Origin: Acidobacteriaceae bacterium
GTDB lineage: Bacteria > Acidobacteriota > Terriglobia > Bryobacterales > Bryobacteraceae
Assembly: GCA_020247055.1 (NCBI GenBank)
Contig: JADCJL010000115.1
Coordinates: 12,095 to 76,094 of the forward strand
DNA: 64,000 nucleotides
Reading direction: 5' to 3'
In this document: one piece after another, positions 1 to 8,087 of the stretch
How the letters are laid out: each line of letters starts with the position of its first letter
Position numbering within the stretch: position 1 is the stretch's first letter
Translations under genes and position numbers: made by a program
The notes under the pieces: generated by a model
What the model saw: only the letters and a program-made list of their open reading frames with translations
Told to the model about the DNA's origin: nothing
The model's database searches: none

Positions 1-692
1 AGGCGCACCTGTTGGCCGCTCGAGACCGTAGCGGTATCGGTGGTGATGCGGGCTTCGGAGAGGCGAGGGAGGGTGCCGGTGACGCGCAGCTGAAAGCTGC
101 GGCCGGCCACCGAGAGCGAACCGGTGCGGAGGCCCGGGGCGGAGGGGGTGGCGGTGAGGCGGAGGGCGAGTTCGGCGCCGGGATCGAGGAGGACGGGGAG
201 AGGGACGGGGTTGGCGAAGGCGAAGTCGGTGGAGAGGGAGGGGATGGTGAGCGGGCGAGAGGTGCGGTTTTGGAGGAGGACGGTGGTGGCGGCCGGGGAG
301 CCGACTTCGGCCGAGCCGAGGTCGATGATGCCACCCTGAAACAGCGTTTGGCCCTCATGGACGACGGCGGCGGCGGCGAGGCCGGAGCCGCGAAGGATGA
401 CGCTGGAGGCGCCGGCGGAGAGGTTGGCGCTGAAGCTGCCTTCGGCTTCGGGCAGGAAGCGAACGGTGAAGTCGCCGGAGGGCTGGATATTGCGGACGGC
501 GAAGCCGACGCCGGCCACCGCGAGGTTGGCGCCGGCGGGGGCACGGAAGCGGACGTCGAGGGGGTCGCCGGGCGTGGTCGAGCCGAGGGAGTAGCTGGCG
601 CCGGCGGGGCGGAAGCCTTCGGGGGTTTCGACGAGAATCTGCGCGTTGGCGGCGAGGGCGGCGCAGAGGAGCAGGCTACTGATTCTGAGCAT
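1..692 (-). CDS. secreted hypothetical protein, beta-rich (Ig-like sandwich suspected); 3' end lies beyond the window
   Basis: This ORF is absent from the supplied track because it has no stop inside the window. My reverse-complement reading from ATG 692..690 gives MLRISSLLLCAALAANAQILVETPEGFRPAGASYSLG..., a signal peptide. The frame stays open to position 1, with no TTA/CTA/TCA triplets in that frame on the plus strand. The opposing ORF 12..710 is G/A/E low complexity. Confidence 0.55.
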   Translation of the reverse strand, partial: MLRISSLLLCAALAANAQILVETPEGFRPAGASYSLGSTTPGDPLDVRFRAPAGANLAVAGVGFAVRNIQPSGDFTVRFLPEAEGSFSANLSAGASSVILRGSGLAAAAVVHEGQTLFQGGIIDLGSAEVGSPAATTVLLQNRTSRPLTIPSLSTDFAFANPVPLPVLLDPGAELALRLTATPSAPGLRTGSLSVAGRSFQLRVTGTLPRLSEARITTDTATVSSGQQVR

Positions 693-1188
693 CTTCGGCC
701 TCCGGGATAACAAAGCGGGCTTCGCGGCCGGGGGTGGTACGAACGGCGAAGCTGCGGCCGCGGAGGCGGACGTGGTACCAGCCGGGGGCGCGGGGCTCGG
801 CATCGGGGTCGGGAAGGGCGAACTCGGCTTCGTCGATGGCGACGTTGCGGAGCGAGGCGCCGTCCCATTGATAGGCAGCGTCCTGATCGGTGAGCCAGGC
901 GGTGGTGGGGCTGAAGCGGGCGGGGCCGGCGGGGAGGCGGGCGACGGTGTCGCCGGCGGCGTCGAGGCGTTCGGTTCCGGCTTCGGTGCGGAGCCAGCCG
1001 CCGTCGCCGTACCAGGCGAAGGCGAGGACACCCGCGCGCACGGGGGCGCCGGGGACGAAGCTGCCGGCGATGCCGTAGAGCGGGCGGACGCGGTTCTGCG
1101 GGTCGCGCCAGAAGCCGATCCGGGGGGCGTCGATCTGGCCGATGGCGAATGAACCGAGAGCGAAGAAGACGAGGAGGAGGTTTCTCAT
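676..1188 (-). CDS. hypothetical secreted protein (170 aa)
   Basis: I used the internal start MRNLLLVFFALGSFAIGQ (signal peptide) within track ORF 676..1512, with ATG at 1188..1186. That ATG overlaps the upstream stop as ATGA. The longer N-terminal extension is a P/R-rich artefact. Confidence 0.55.
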   Translation of the reverse strand: MRNLLLVFFALGSFAIGQIDAPRIGFWRDPQNRVRPLYGIAGSFVPGAPVRAGVLAFAWYGDGGWLRTEAGTERLDAAGDTVARLPAGPARFSPTTAWLTDQDAAYQWDGASLRNVAIDEAEFALPDPDAEPRAPGWYHVRLRGRSFAVRTTPGREARFVIPEAEDAQNQ

Positions 1189-1432
1189 GGCTTTCCGATG
1201 GCGATGCTGAGGGAACTGATAGATACCGAAGGCAACGTGGCTGCGGCGGGGGACGGGGCGCCGGGCGGGACGGGGGCGGGGGGCGGGCCGATGGTGATGC
1301 CGGGGCGACCGATCGATACGGCAGGAGGGGTGGCCGCGGCGGGGGCGATGCCGAGGGGAAGGTTTCTCATGGCTTTCCGATGGCGATGCTGGGGGGGCCG
1401 ATAGCAACCGAAGGGAGCGTGGCCGCGGCGGG
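1180..1432 (-). repeat. imperfect tandem repeat: a 32-nt core occurs three times (1218..1249, 1311..1342, 1400..1431) and a duplicated ~75-nt junction block starts near 1180 and near 1361
   Basis: Read directly from the sequence. ggtttctcatggctttccgatggcgatgctg occurs twice. gat(a/c)g(a/c)(t/a)ac(c/g)g.agg...gtggc(t/c)gcggcgg occurs three times with a ~90-nt period. On the minus strand the core encodes PAAAT(L/P)P(S/A)V(S/A)I(S/G). Confidence 0.6.
1185..1370 (-). CDS. small Pro/Ala-rich ORF (61 aa) created by duplication of the flanking gene junction; coding status uncertain
   Basis: The product is MRNLPLGIAPAAATPPAVSIGRPGITIGPPPAPVPPGAPSPAAATLPSVSISSLSIAIGKP. It has ATGA overlaps at both ends (1367..1370 and 1185..1188). 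Its C-terminal tail is nearly identical to the tail of the upstream protein. Confidence 0.3.
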   Translation of the reverse strand: MRNLPLGIAPAAATPPAVSIGRPGITIGPPPAPVPPGAPSPAAATLPSVSISSLSIAIGKP

Positions 1433-2026
1433 GGGCGGGGCGCCGGGGGCGGCGGGGGCGCGCGCACCGCGGTTGGCCGCAGCGGCGACTCCGCCCGCAG
1501 CAGCGCCGCCAATCAGAGCCGCCAGTGCAGCCCATTTGCGGCGGGAGGGGCCGATCTTAATCTGAGGCAGGACGGTCTGCGCCGGTTCCTGGGTTCGCTT
1601 TGCGGCGGCAGCAGGTTCGGCGAGGTACTGCGCGGAGACGGTACCGGAGCGGGCCTGCCCCTTGTTGGCGGTGATGCGGATTTGCAAGGGGCCGGGGGAA
1701 CGATTCCAGGCGATGCCCCGGACCGCGACCCGGCCGTCCGGGCCGGAGATGGCAAGTTCCGTGCGCAAGCCGGTTGCGAAAAGGCCGCTGGGCCCTTCAT
1801 CAGGAAGACGGAAACTGACCGAGGCGTCCGGCACGGGCCGGCCACTTTCGTCAGTAACGCGAACGACTAGGGGCTGGGAGGCCCGGGCGCCGGTCGTGTG
1901 AACCGCCCCTTCTCCTTCAATGACCCGGATCTGCAACAGAGCCGGGTCCTGGCCAAACAAGGCCGTATGGGCTGCAAGGCAGGACGTCAGCACGCCTGCC
2001 ACAGCGCGACGCCGTGGATACCGCAT
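1367..2026 (-). CDS. membrane-anchored protein with a bacterial Ig-like (Big_1-like) domain and a Pro/Ala-rich C-terminal tail
   Basis: It has a signal-like N-terminus (MRYPRRRAVAGVLTSCLAAHTALFGQ). The stretch VVRVTDESGRPVPDASVSFRL...GRVAVRGIAW looks like an invasin/intimin-type Ig segment. A TM segment WAALAALIGGAAAGGVAAAA follows, and the tail is AAATLPSVAIGPPSIAIGKP. Confidence 0.55.
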   Translation of the reverse strand: MRYPRRRAVAGVLTSCLAAHTALFGQDPALLQIRVIEGEGAVHTTGARASQPLVVRVTDESGRPVPDASVSFRLPDEGPSGLFATGLRTELAISGPDGRVAVRGIAWNRSPGPLQIRITANKGQARSGTVSAQYLAEPAAAAKRTQEPAQTVLPQIKIGPSRRKWAALAALIGGAAAGGVAAAANRGARAPAAPGAPPPAAATLPSVAIGPPSIAIGKP

Positions 2027-2049
2027 TACCGTGAAAGACTGATTTCGGC

Positions 2050-2805
2050 CTAGTTCCGATCAGCGGCAGCCGGAGCGAGAGGAGCTTCGCCGAGGGAGAC
2101 CACCCGGAGAAGTACAGCCGTGACGTTGTCCGGCGCACCCGCTTTTTTGGCTGCTTCGATCAGAGTCTTACCTTTGTCTTCTAGTGCGGTTTCGGTCCGG
2201 AAAACTCTCTCAATTTCTTCGTCGGAGATAACGCCGTGGAGACCGTCGCTGCAGAGGAGCAGTTGCATGTCCGCAGCGAGTTCGACGCGGTAGGAGTGGA
2301 CGCGCAGCTGTTCGCTGACGCCGATGGCCATGGTGAGGACGTGGCGCATGGGATGGACTTTCAGCTGGGCCTCTTCGATGCCGAGCTTGCGGCCGACCTC
2401 CTGGACCCAGGTCTGGTCTTCGGTCAAGGCAGTTAGGGTATTGTTGTGAAAGACATAGGCGCGGCTGTCGCCGACGCTGGCGAGGAAGATTTCGCGGCCG
2501 GCGTCGAGGGCGGCGACAAGCGTGGTGCCCATGCCTTCGAGGGAGCTATCGCGGCTGGCCTCTTCGAGCACCCGACGGTTGGCTTCGGCGAAGGCGCTGG
2601 GCAACAGTTCGGTATCGCATTTGCCGGCGCGCCAGACGAATTCACCGACGGTTTCGGCGGCTAGTTGGGAGGCACACTCGCCGGCGGCGGCTCCGCCCAT
2701 GCCATCGGCAACGAGGAAGAGCCCGAGGGCGGGCGCCAGAAGATAGTAATCCTCGTTGTTGCTGCGGACACAACCGGGGTCAGAGAGGCCAAAGGCTTCC
2801 AGCAT
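2050..2805 (-). CDS. PP2C-family Ser/Thr protein phosphatase
   Basis: The PP2C motifs are present: RSNNEDY, VADGMGGAAAGE, LASVGDSRAY, CSDGLHG and PDNVTAVLL. Confidence 0.9.
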   Translation of the reverse strand: MLEAFGLSDPGCVRSNNEDYYLLAPALGLFLVADGMGGAAAGECASQLAAETVGEFVWRAGKCDTELLPSAFAEANRRVLEEASRDSSLEGMGTTLVAALDAGREIFLASVGDSRAYVFHNNTLTALTEDQTWVQEVGRKLGIEEAQLKVHPMRHVLTMAIGVSEQLRVHSYRVELAADMQLLLCSDGLHGVISDEEIERVFRTETALEDKGKTLIEAAKKAGAPDNVTAVLLRVVSLGEAPLAPAAADRN

Positions 2806-2904
2806 GAACTTTTTGATTATATGTCAGAACGCTTACGCGGTAGCCTCGGCGTACTGGCACGTGGCTCCTTGTGGGTCAACGCGAAAACGGGGGCGAAAAT
2901 CCCT

Positions 2905-2958
2905 CAAAAAACACTTCTGAAAAACTCGCGCACAACGGACTCGCTTCGGCCTGTGCGC
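2905..2958 (-). terminator. putative rho-independent terminator after the outer-membrane barrel gene
   Basis: The minus strand reads GCGCACA-(17 nt loop)-TGTGCGC, a 7-bp stem at 2928..2934 / 2952..2958. It is followed by GAGTTTTTCAGAAGTGTTTTTT and lies 3 nt after the stop at 2961. Confidence 0.45.
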
Positions 2959-2960
2959 TT

Positions 2961-5465
2961 TTAAAGAACAATGCGGACTCCCAATTGAAAGACGCGGCCG
3001 TCGTTGAGGGTGTTAGTGATCTTGCCAAAGGCCGGGCTGGTGACGTTGCGCTGGGGTTCGTCGAACTGGGGGGTGTTGGTGGCGTTGTAGGCTTCGGCGC
3101 GGAACTGGAAGGATCCGTCGCGGGGGAGCTTCCAGTTGCGCTGGAGGGCGGCGTTCCAATTGAAGATGCCGCCTTTGCGGAAGGTGCCGCGGCCGAGGTT
3201 GCCGCGGTATTCGCCGACGGGGATGTAGCTGAAGCGGTCGCGGCGAAGGATCAGGGCGGCGGTATCGGGGTTGCCGATGGTGCGGCCGAGGATGGAGGGG
3301 TCAAGGATATTGGGCCGTTCGCCCCCGGAGCCGTCGACGTTGCCGATGCCGGGGGCGTCGGAGCCGATGAACAGGGTGAGCGGGGTACCGGTTTTGAGGG
3401 TGCCAACGCCGCTGACCTGGAAAGCGTAGGGGAGGTCGTAGACGGTTTGGAGGGAGAAGGCGTGGGTGGAGTCGAAGTTGCTGAGGCCTTTGCGGTCGGC
3501 AAGCATGTTGAACATGGACTGGGGCCGGGCGTTGAGCATGTCTTTATTGGCGGCGGTGGCGGTGTAGTCCGAGCCGTTGTCGAGACCTTTGCCGAAGGTG
3601 TAGACGGCGCTGACGAGGAGCCCGCGGCGGGAGGGGAGGTCGAGGGCGGCCTGGGCGCCGTCGTACCAGGCGGTGCCGGCGTTGACGACGCGGCGGAGTT
3701 CGTTGATGGAGGGGTCGGGGCGGCGCTGGTCGATGTTGCCGGTGGTGGGGGCGATGCCGGGGACGAAGACGGCGCGATTTTCGACAAAGGCGTAGGGGAG
3801 CTTGAAGCTGCGGCTGCCGATGTAGCCGAGGCGGAGCTGGGTGTTGTTGGTCCAGCGGCGTTCGAGGCGGAGGCTGTACTGGTGGGCGTAGGCGGAGACG
3901 AGGCCGGGGTCGAGGGTGTGGAGGGAGGGCTTGAAGTTGGTGGCGGTGGTGAGCGGGTTCAGGAGATCGGGGTTCTGGAGAAAGATGTATTGGGCGTTGG
4001 GCGGGTTGTTGCGGACCTGGCCGTAGGCGACGGGGGGAACGGGGGAGAAGGAGACGGCGTACATGGCGCGCGCGGTCCAGGCGTTGGTGGCGCGCCAGGC
4101 GAGGGAGACGCGGGGGGCGAGGTTGTTGCAGTCGCAGGGGTAGGGGATGGGTTCGCGGTTGTTGACTTCGTAGGGGGCGCCGTCGGGGCTGTAGCGAAGG
4201 CCGAGATAGAGCTGGAGGCGGGGGTGGAGCTGGGAGCGGAGGGCGACATAGGCCTGGCCGGACCAGTTGCGGAAGCCGCGGGAGACGCTGCCGAGGGTGA
4301 TTTCGTAGTTGGTGGGGTCGCCGTAGCGAAGGTTTTCGATGGCGGTGCGGCCGAAGTTGTTGGCGAACTGGTAGTAGCCGCGGAGGTTGTTGGCTTCGAT
4401 GCCGTTCAACTGGTAGCGGGTGGCGTCGCCGCCGAAGGTGAGGGTGTGGCGGCCCATGATTTTCTGGCCGCCGAAGCCGTAGCGGAAGGAGTTCTGGGCG
4501 CGGTCGACGGGGAAGGTGCTGTCGGGTCCGAGCTCTTCGATTTGATAGCCGAAGCGGACGCGGGGGCCGACGGCGCCGGGAGGGCTGACGAGGAGGGAGA
4601 CGTTGCGCTGGACGGTGATGCCGGCCTGGAGGTTGAGGGTGGAAGACGGGGCGCGGCGCCAGGTGAGGCGGGCGGTGTGGTTCTGGAGGGTGGTGTCGGG
4701 GTTTTGGCCGGCGACGAGTTGGAAGGCGTCGATTTGCTGGTGGCCGCGGCTGTAGAAGGCGGAGAGATCGTTGCCGGCGAGGCGTTTATCGAGGCGGAGG
4801 TCGAAGTCGGTGGCGTCGATGCGCTGGGGGGAGTTGGTGTTGAGGGCGCGGGGGTCGAAGTCGAGGCGGTTGGGGGGTTCGGCGGGGTAGGCGGCGAAGA
4901 TGCGGTTGATCCAGGCGCGTTTGGCGGGGTCGGGGGTGAGGGGAGAGCGTTCTGAAAGCAGGGGGACGAGAACGTTGCCGTTGACCATGCCGCGGACGGC
5001 GCGCTGGCCGAGGTTGACGGTGAGGTTGCCGAGGGGGCCGAGGGAGCCGGTGAGGCGGCCGCCGAAGGAGTTCTGGCGGCTGGGTTTGACGCCGCCGACC
5101 TGGAAGAAGGCGCGGGCGTTGAAGACGCTGTTCTGGTGGCGATGGTAGAGTTCGCCGTGCCAGGCGGCGATTTTGGCGGGCGGGGCGAGGAAGGGTTGGG
5201 CGCTGGGGGGGTTGCCCTGTTCGCCGGCGAAGGTGCTGACTTCGACGGGGGATTCGGTGAGGATCTGGACGCGATTGCCGAGGCGGACGTTGGCTTCCTT
5301 GGCGGCGTTGGTATCGATGAGATAGACGGCGACGTTTTCGTTGCGCATGGCTTCGGTGCGCAGCCGGGGGGCGGGTTTGGGGGGCGCGGGGGTGGGTTGG
5401 GGCGGGTCGGCGGCGCGAAGGGTGAGGGTTAAGGAGAGGGTGAGGAGAAAACAGACGGGACGCAT
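2961..5465 (-). CDS. TonB-dependent-receptor-like outer-membrane beta-barrel protein without a CarboxypepD_reg N-terminal domain
   Basis: It starts with the signal peptide MRPVCFLLTLSLTLTLRAA. The segment HGELYHRHQNSVFNARAFF is typical of acidobacterial TBDR barrels. The rest is 834 aa of alternating beta-strand-like sequence rich in Y/F/N/G. Confidence 0.75.
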   Translation of the reverse strand: MRPVCFLLTLSLTLTLRAADPPQPTPAPPKPAPRLRTEAMRNENVAVYLIDTNAAKEANVRLGNRVQILTESPVEVSTFAGEQGNPPSAQPFLAPPAKIAAWHGELYHRHQNSVFNARAFFQVGGVKPSRQNSFGGRLTGSLGPLGNLTVNLGQRAVRGMVNGNVLVPLLSERSPLTPDPAKRAWINRIFAAYPAEPPNRLDFDPRALNTNSPQRIDATDFDLRLDKRLAGNDLSAFYSRGHQQIDAFQLVAGQNPDTTLQNHTARLTWRRAPSSTLNLQAGITVQRNVSLLVSPPGAVGPRVRFGYQIEELGPDSTFPVDRAQNSFRYGFGGQKIMGRHTLTFGGDATRYQLNGIEANNLRGYYQFANNFGRTAIENLRYGDPTNYEITLGSVSRGFRNWSGQAYVALRSQLHPRLQLYLGLRYSPDGAPYEVNNREPIPYPCDCNNLAPRVSLAWRATNAWTARAMYAVSFSPVPPVAYGQVRNNPPNAQYIFLQNPDLLNPLTTATNFKPSLHTLDPGLVSAYAHQYSLRLERRWTNNTQLRLGYIGSRSFKLPYAFVENRAVFVPGIAPTTGNIDQRRPDPSINELRRVVNAGTAWYDGAQAALDLPSRRGLLVSAVYTFGKGLDNGSDYTATAANKDMLNARPQSMFNMLADRKGLSNFDSTHAFSLQTVYDLPYAFQVSGVGTLKTGTPLTLFIGSDAPGIGNVDGSGGERPNILDPSILGRTIGNPDTAALILRRDRFSYIPVGEYRGNLGRGTFRKGGIFNWNAALQRNWKLPRDGSFQFRAEAYNATNTPQFDEPQRNVTSPAFGKITNTLNDGRVFQLGVRIVL

Positions 5466-6640
5466 TATTTCTTTTCGAAGATGGACTTGAGCTGGAGGAA
5501 GGCCGCTTCCTGATACTGCTCCTTGATTCGTTCGAGGCCTTCGGTGCGGGCGTCGCCGGGGCGGGCGGGTTCCTTTTTAAGACAGCGGCCGAGGAGGGAG
5601 ATAGCCTGTTCGTCGGAGGGGACGCGGTCGAGAACGGCGCGGAAGCGTTCGGCGGCGACGTCGAAGCTGCCGGTTTTCCAGAGGGCGTAGCCGGCGTTGA
5701 ATTGGTAATCGGGGTCGGATTGGTCGCCTTCGAGGGCTTTGAGGAAGCTATCGAGGGCGAGGGAGGGGTTACGGCGCATCTGGGCGGCGCCGAGGTTGTT
5801 GTAGACCTCGTTCAGGGGGACGGTGGAGGCGACGAGCTCAAAGGCCTGTTCGGCGGCGGTGTAGTCGGCGACGCGGTATTTGCAGATGCCGAGGTAGAAG
5901 TTGGCTTCGCGGTAGTGGGGGTCGGTGGGGCGAACGCGCTGGAACCAGAGGGCGGCTTCGCGGAAGGCGTCCTGGTCCCAATGGTAGAGGCCGAGTTGGA
6001 AACAGGGGGGGGAGAAGTTGGCGTCGAGGCGGGCGGCCTGGGTGAAGAAGCGGTGCTTGGCGGCGGGGTCGGCGGCGAGGAGGCCGCGGACGTAGTATTC
6101 GAGGGCGTCGATGCGGGTGCGGGTGCGTTTGGCGAGGAAGGCCTGTTCGTCGAGGCGGGCGTCGGGGAGGAGTTCGACGAGGGTGCGGTAGCAGAGGCGG
6201 TTTTGGAGGGCGGCGAGGTCTTCAAGAAGGCCGGATTCGGTGAGTTCGTCGCTTTGGCGGAGGCGTCGGAGGTCGAGGACGCGGGCGCGGATGATGATGG
6301 TGGATTTGGCGGGGGCGGTTTGGCGGGTGACTTCGAAGCTGCCGTAGACGACGTGGTAGGCGTCGAGTTCGTCGCCGATTTTGACGACGGAGGCACGGGT
6401 GAGGAGGGCGTAGGGGCGGATGCCGAGGCGGGTGTAGGCTTCGGTGCGGTCGCTGCGGTCGAGCACGAGCAGGCCTTCGCCGGAGGCGGCGTCGTGGATC
6501 ATTTCGGCGATGCTTTCGCCGATCCAATCGAGGTTTTTGTCCTGCGAGAGATTCGAGAAGGGTAGGACGACGGAGGAGGCGGCGGAGAGGGAGGAAAGGG
6601 ATGCGAGCAGGAGGGCTGAAACGATCAGGCTGCGCGGCAT
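5465..6640 (-). CDS. exported TPR-repeat protein with a TolB-N/CsgG-like N-terminal domain
   Basis: The signal peptide is MPRSLIVSALLLASLSSLSAAS. The N-terminal segment VVLPFSNLSQDKNLDWIGESIAE is followed by TPR-like repeats (YHWDQDAFREAALWFQRV, YLGICKYRVADYTAAEQAFE, YALWKTGSFDVAAERFRAVL). Its stop overlaps the next gene's start by 1 nt (TAATG). Confidence 0.75.
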   Translation of the reverse strand: MPRSLIVSALLLASLSSLSAASSVVLPFSNLSQDKNLDWIGESIAEMIHDAASGEGLLVLDRSDRTEAYTRLGIRPYALLTRASVVKIGDELDAYHVVYGSFEVTRQTAPAKSTIIIRARVLDLRRLRQSDELTESGLLEDLAALQNRLCYRTLVELLPDARLDEQAFLAKRTRTRIDALEYYVRGLLAADPAAKHRFFTQAARLDANFSPPCFQLGLYHWDQDAFREAALWFQRVRPTDPHYREANFYLGICKYRVADYTAAEQAFELVASTVPLNEVYNNLGAAQMRRNPSLALDSFLKALEGDQSDPDYQFNAGYALWKTGSFDVAAERFRAVLDRVPSDEQAISLLGRCLKKEPARPGDARTEGLERIKEQYQEAAFLQLKSIFEKK

Positions 6641-6676
6641 CCCTCTCAGTATAGCTTGGGGGTGGGAGCAGGGCGG

Positions 6677-6988
6677 CTAGTTCAGGACGAGTTTGGTGTT
6701 GGTTCCACCGATGCGGATTTCGTCGACGGTGAGTTGGCCGTCCCCAGTGAGGTAGCGGACGGAGGTGGATTTGAACTTGTCGCTGACCTGTTCGGACTTG
6801 ACGGAGGCCTCGATCGTTTTCCTGCCGTCGCGGATGATCATTTTGTCGCCGTCGACTTTGACGCGGTAAGCGCCGGGCTTGAGCTGGGTGCCGGCGATGC
6901 GGGCGGGCTGATAGAAGGTGACGGTGAAATCGGAAACGCCGGCGAAGGCGGAGGATAACATCAGCGCAAACACAGCTACTAACTTCAT
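6677..6988 (-). CDS. small secreted hypothetical protein (103 aa)
   Basis: It has the signal peptide MKLVAVFALMLSSAFAG, a non-repetitive beta-rich composition and atypically low GC for an artefact ORF. Confidence 0.6.
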   Translation of the reverse strand: MKLVAVFALMLSSAFAGVSDFTVTFYQPARIAGTQLKPGAYRVKVDGDKMIIRDGRKTIEASVKSEQVSDKFKSTSVRYLTGDGQLTVDEIRIGGTNTKLVLN

Positions 6989-7067
6989 GGGTTTTCTGGC
7001 TCCTGAATTGACTTTCGAGATAGATTGGTGGTCCGGCCTGACTCAAGGCGCGGCCCGTTATATCTAT

Positions 7068-8003
7068 CTATACGGACGAACGCAGGAATTGTTCCGCGGC
7101 AAGGACAGATTTTTCGAAAATTTCCGGCTGCATGCCGAAGCCGGGGAGCCAGACGGTGCCGGTATCCGCGCGGAACCAGGTGAGTTGGCGTTTGGCGTAC
7201 TGGCGGGTTTTGGTTTGCATTTCGGCGAGGGCGGCGGGCGGAGCGAGGCGGCCGGCGAGGCAATCGGCGGCCTGTTTGTAGCCGAGCGCGGCGAAGGGTT
7301 TGGCCGTGGGGGGATAGAGAGTGAGTAAGTGGGCGGTTTCTTCGAGCAGGCCGGACTGCCACATGCGGAGGCAGCGGGCGTCGAGATTGGCGTAGAGTAA
7401 GTGGCGGGGAGGATCGAGACCAAGCTGGAGGGTGCGGTAACCGGTGAGGGCGTCGAGGCCCTGGGCGAAGGTGTCGGCGGCGGGCTGGCCGGTGAGGAGG
7501 CGGATTTCGAGGGCGCGGAGGGTTTTATTGCGGTCGTGGGGGTGGATGCGGGCGGCGGCGGCGGGGTCGAGGCGGGTGAGGAGGCGGTGGAGGCGGGGGC
7601 GTTGGGCGAGGCGGGCGCGGAGAGCGGGGGAGGCGGTGGGCCCGGGGGAGAGGCCGCGGAGGAGGGCGCGGAGGTAGAAGCCGGTGCCGCCGCAGAGGAT
7701 GGGGAGGCGACCGCGGGCGGTGATGGCGGGCAGGAGGGATTTGACGGCGCGGGCGAAGTCGCCGGCGGTGAAGGTTTCGGTGGCGGTGCAGAGGTCAAAG
7801 AGGTGGTGCGGGGGGGATTGGCGGTCGGCGGCGGGGAGCTTGGCGGTGCCGATGTCGAAGCCGGTAAAGACCTGCAGGGAGTCGGCGTTGAGGATTTCGC
7901 CGTCGAAGCGGCGGGCGAGGGCGATGGCGAGATCGCTTTTGCCGGAGCCGGTGGGACCGACGATCGTAAGGAGAGGGGCGAGGAGGGGGGCGAGGGCGGA
8001 CAC
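7068..8003 (-). CDS. miaA: tRNA dimethylallyltransferase
   Basis: The P-loop IVGPTGSGKSDLAI, then LNADSLQVFTGFDIGTAK, PHHLFD and CGGTGFYLRALL are MiaA signatures. Confidence 0.92.
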   Translation of the reverse strand: MSALAPLLAPLLTIVGPTGSGKSDLAIALARRFDGEILNADSLQVFTGFDIGTAKLPAADRQSPPHHLFDLCTATETFTAGDFARAVKSLLPAITARGRLPILCGGTGFYLRALLRGLSPGPTASPALRARLAQRPRLHRLLTRLDPAAAARIHPHDRNKTLRALEIRLLTGQPAADTFAQGLDALTGYRTLQLGLDPPRHLLYANLDARCLRMWQSGLLEETAHLLTLYPPTAKPFAALGYKQAADCLAGRLAPPAALAEMQTKTRQYAKRQLTWFRADTGTVWLPGFGMQPEIFEKSVLAAEQFLRSSV

Positions 8004-8087
8004 GATTCCAGTGTAGGTTCGAAACCCTTTGCTCCGCCGGGGAATCCATTCTGGCAGGTATATACTAAGAGGCAGAAAGCAGGCAGG

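Noticed and set aside
12-710. A 232-aa plus-strand ORF at the left edge.
   Set aside because: Its G/A/E/R low-complexity composition is typical of the mirror frame of a high-GC gene. The minus strand carries a convincing signal-peptide protein that runs off the window.
2871-4955. A 694-aa plus-strand ORF, and similar very long antisense ORFs at 5702..6565, 8127..9944, 16506..18302, 26424..28736, 28841..30349, 37616..40216, 42561..44729, 48482..49642, 50495..52294 and 53027..55537.
   Set aside because: Each lies antisense to a gene with clear family motifs (TBDR, TPR, rpoD, DUF1592, ppx, S9 peptidase, TBDR/cytochrome, isomerase, SGNH-DUF1080, pyrG/kdsB). Each is G/A/V/E/R/P-rich without recognisable motifs. 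Stop-codon depletion in high-GC DNA explains them.
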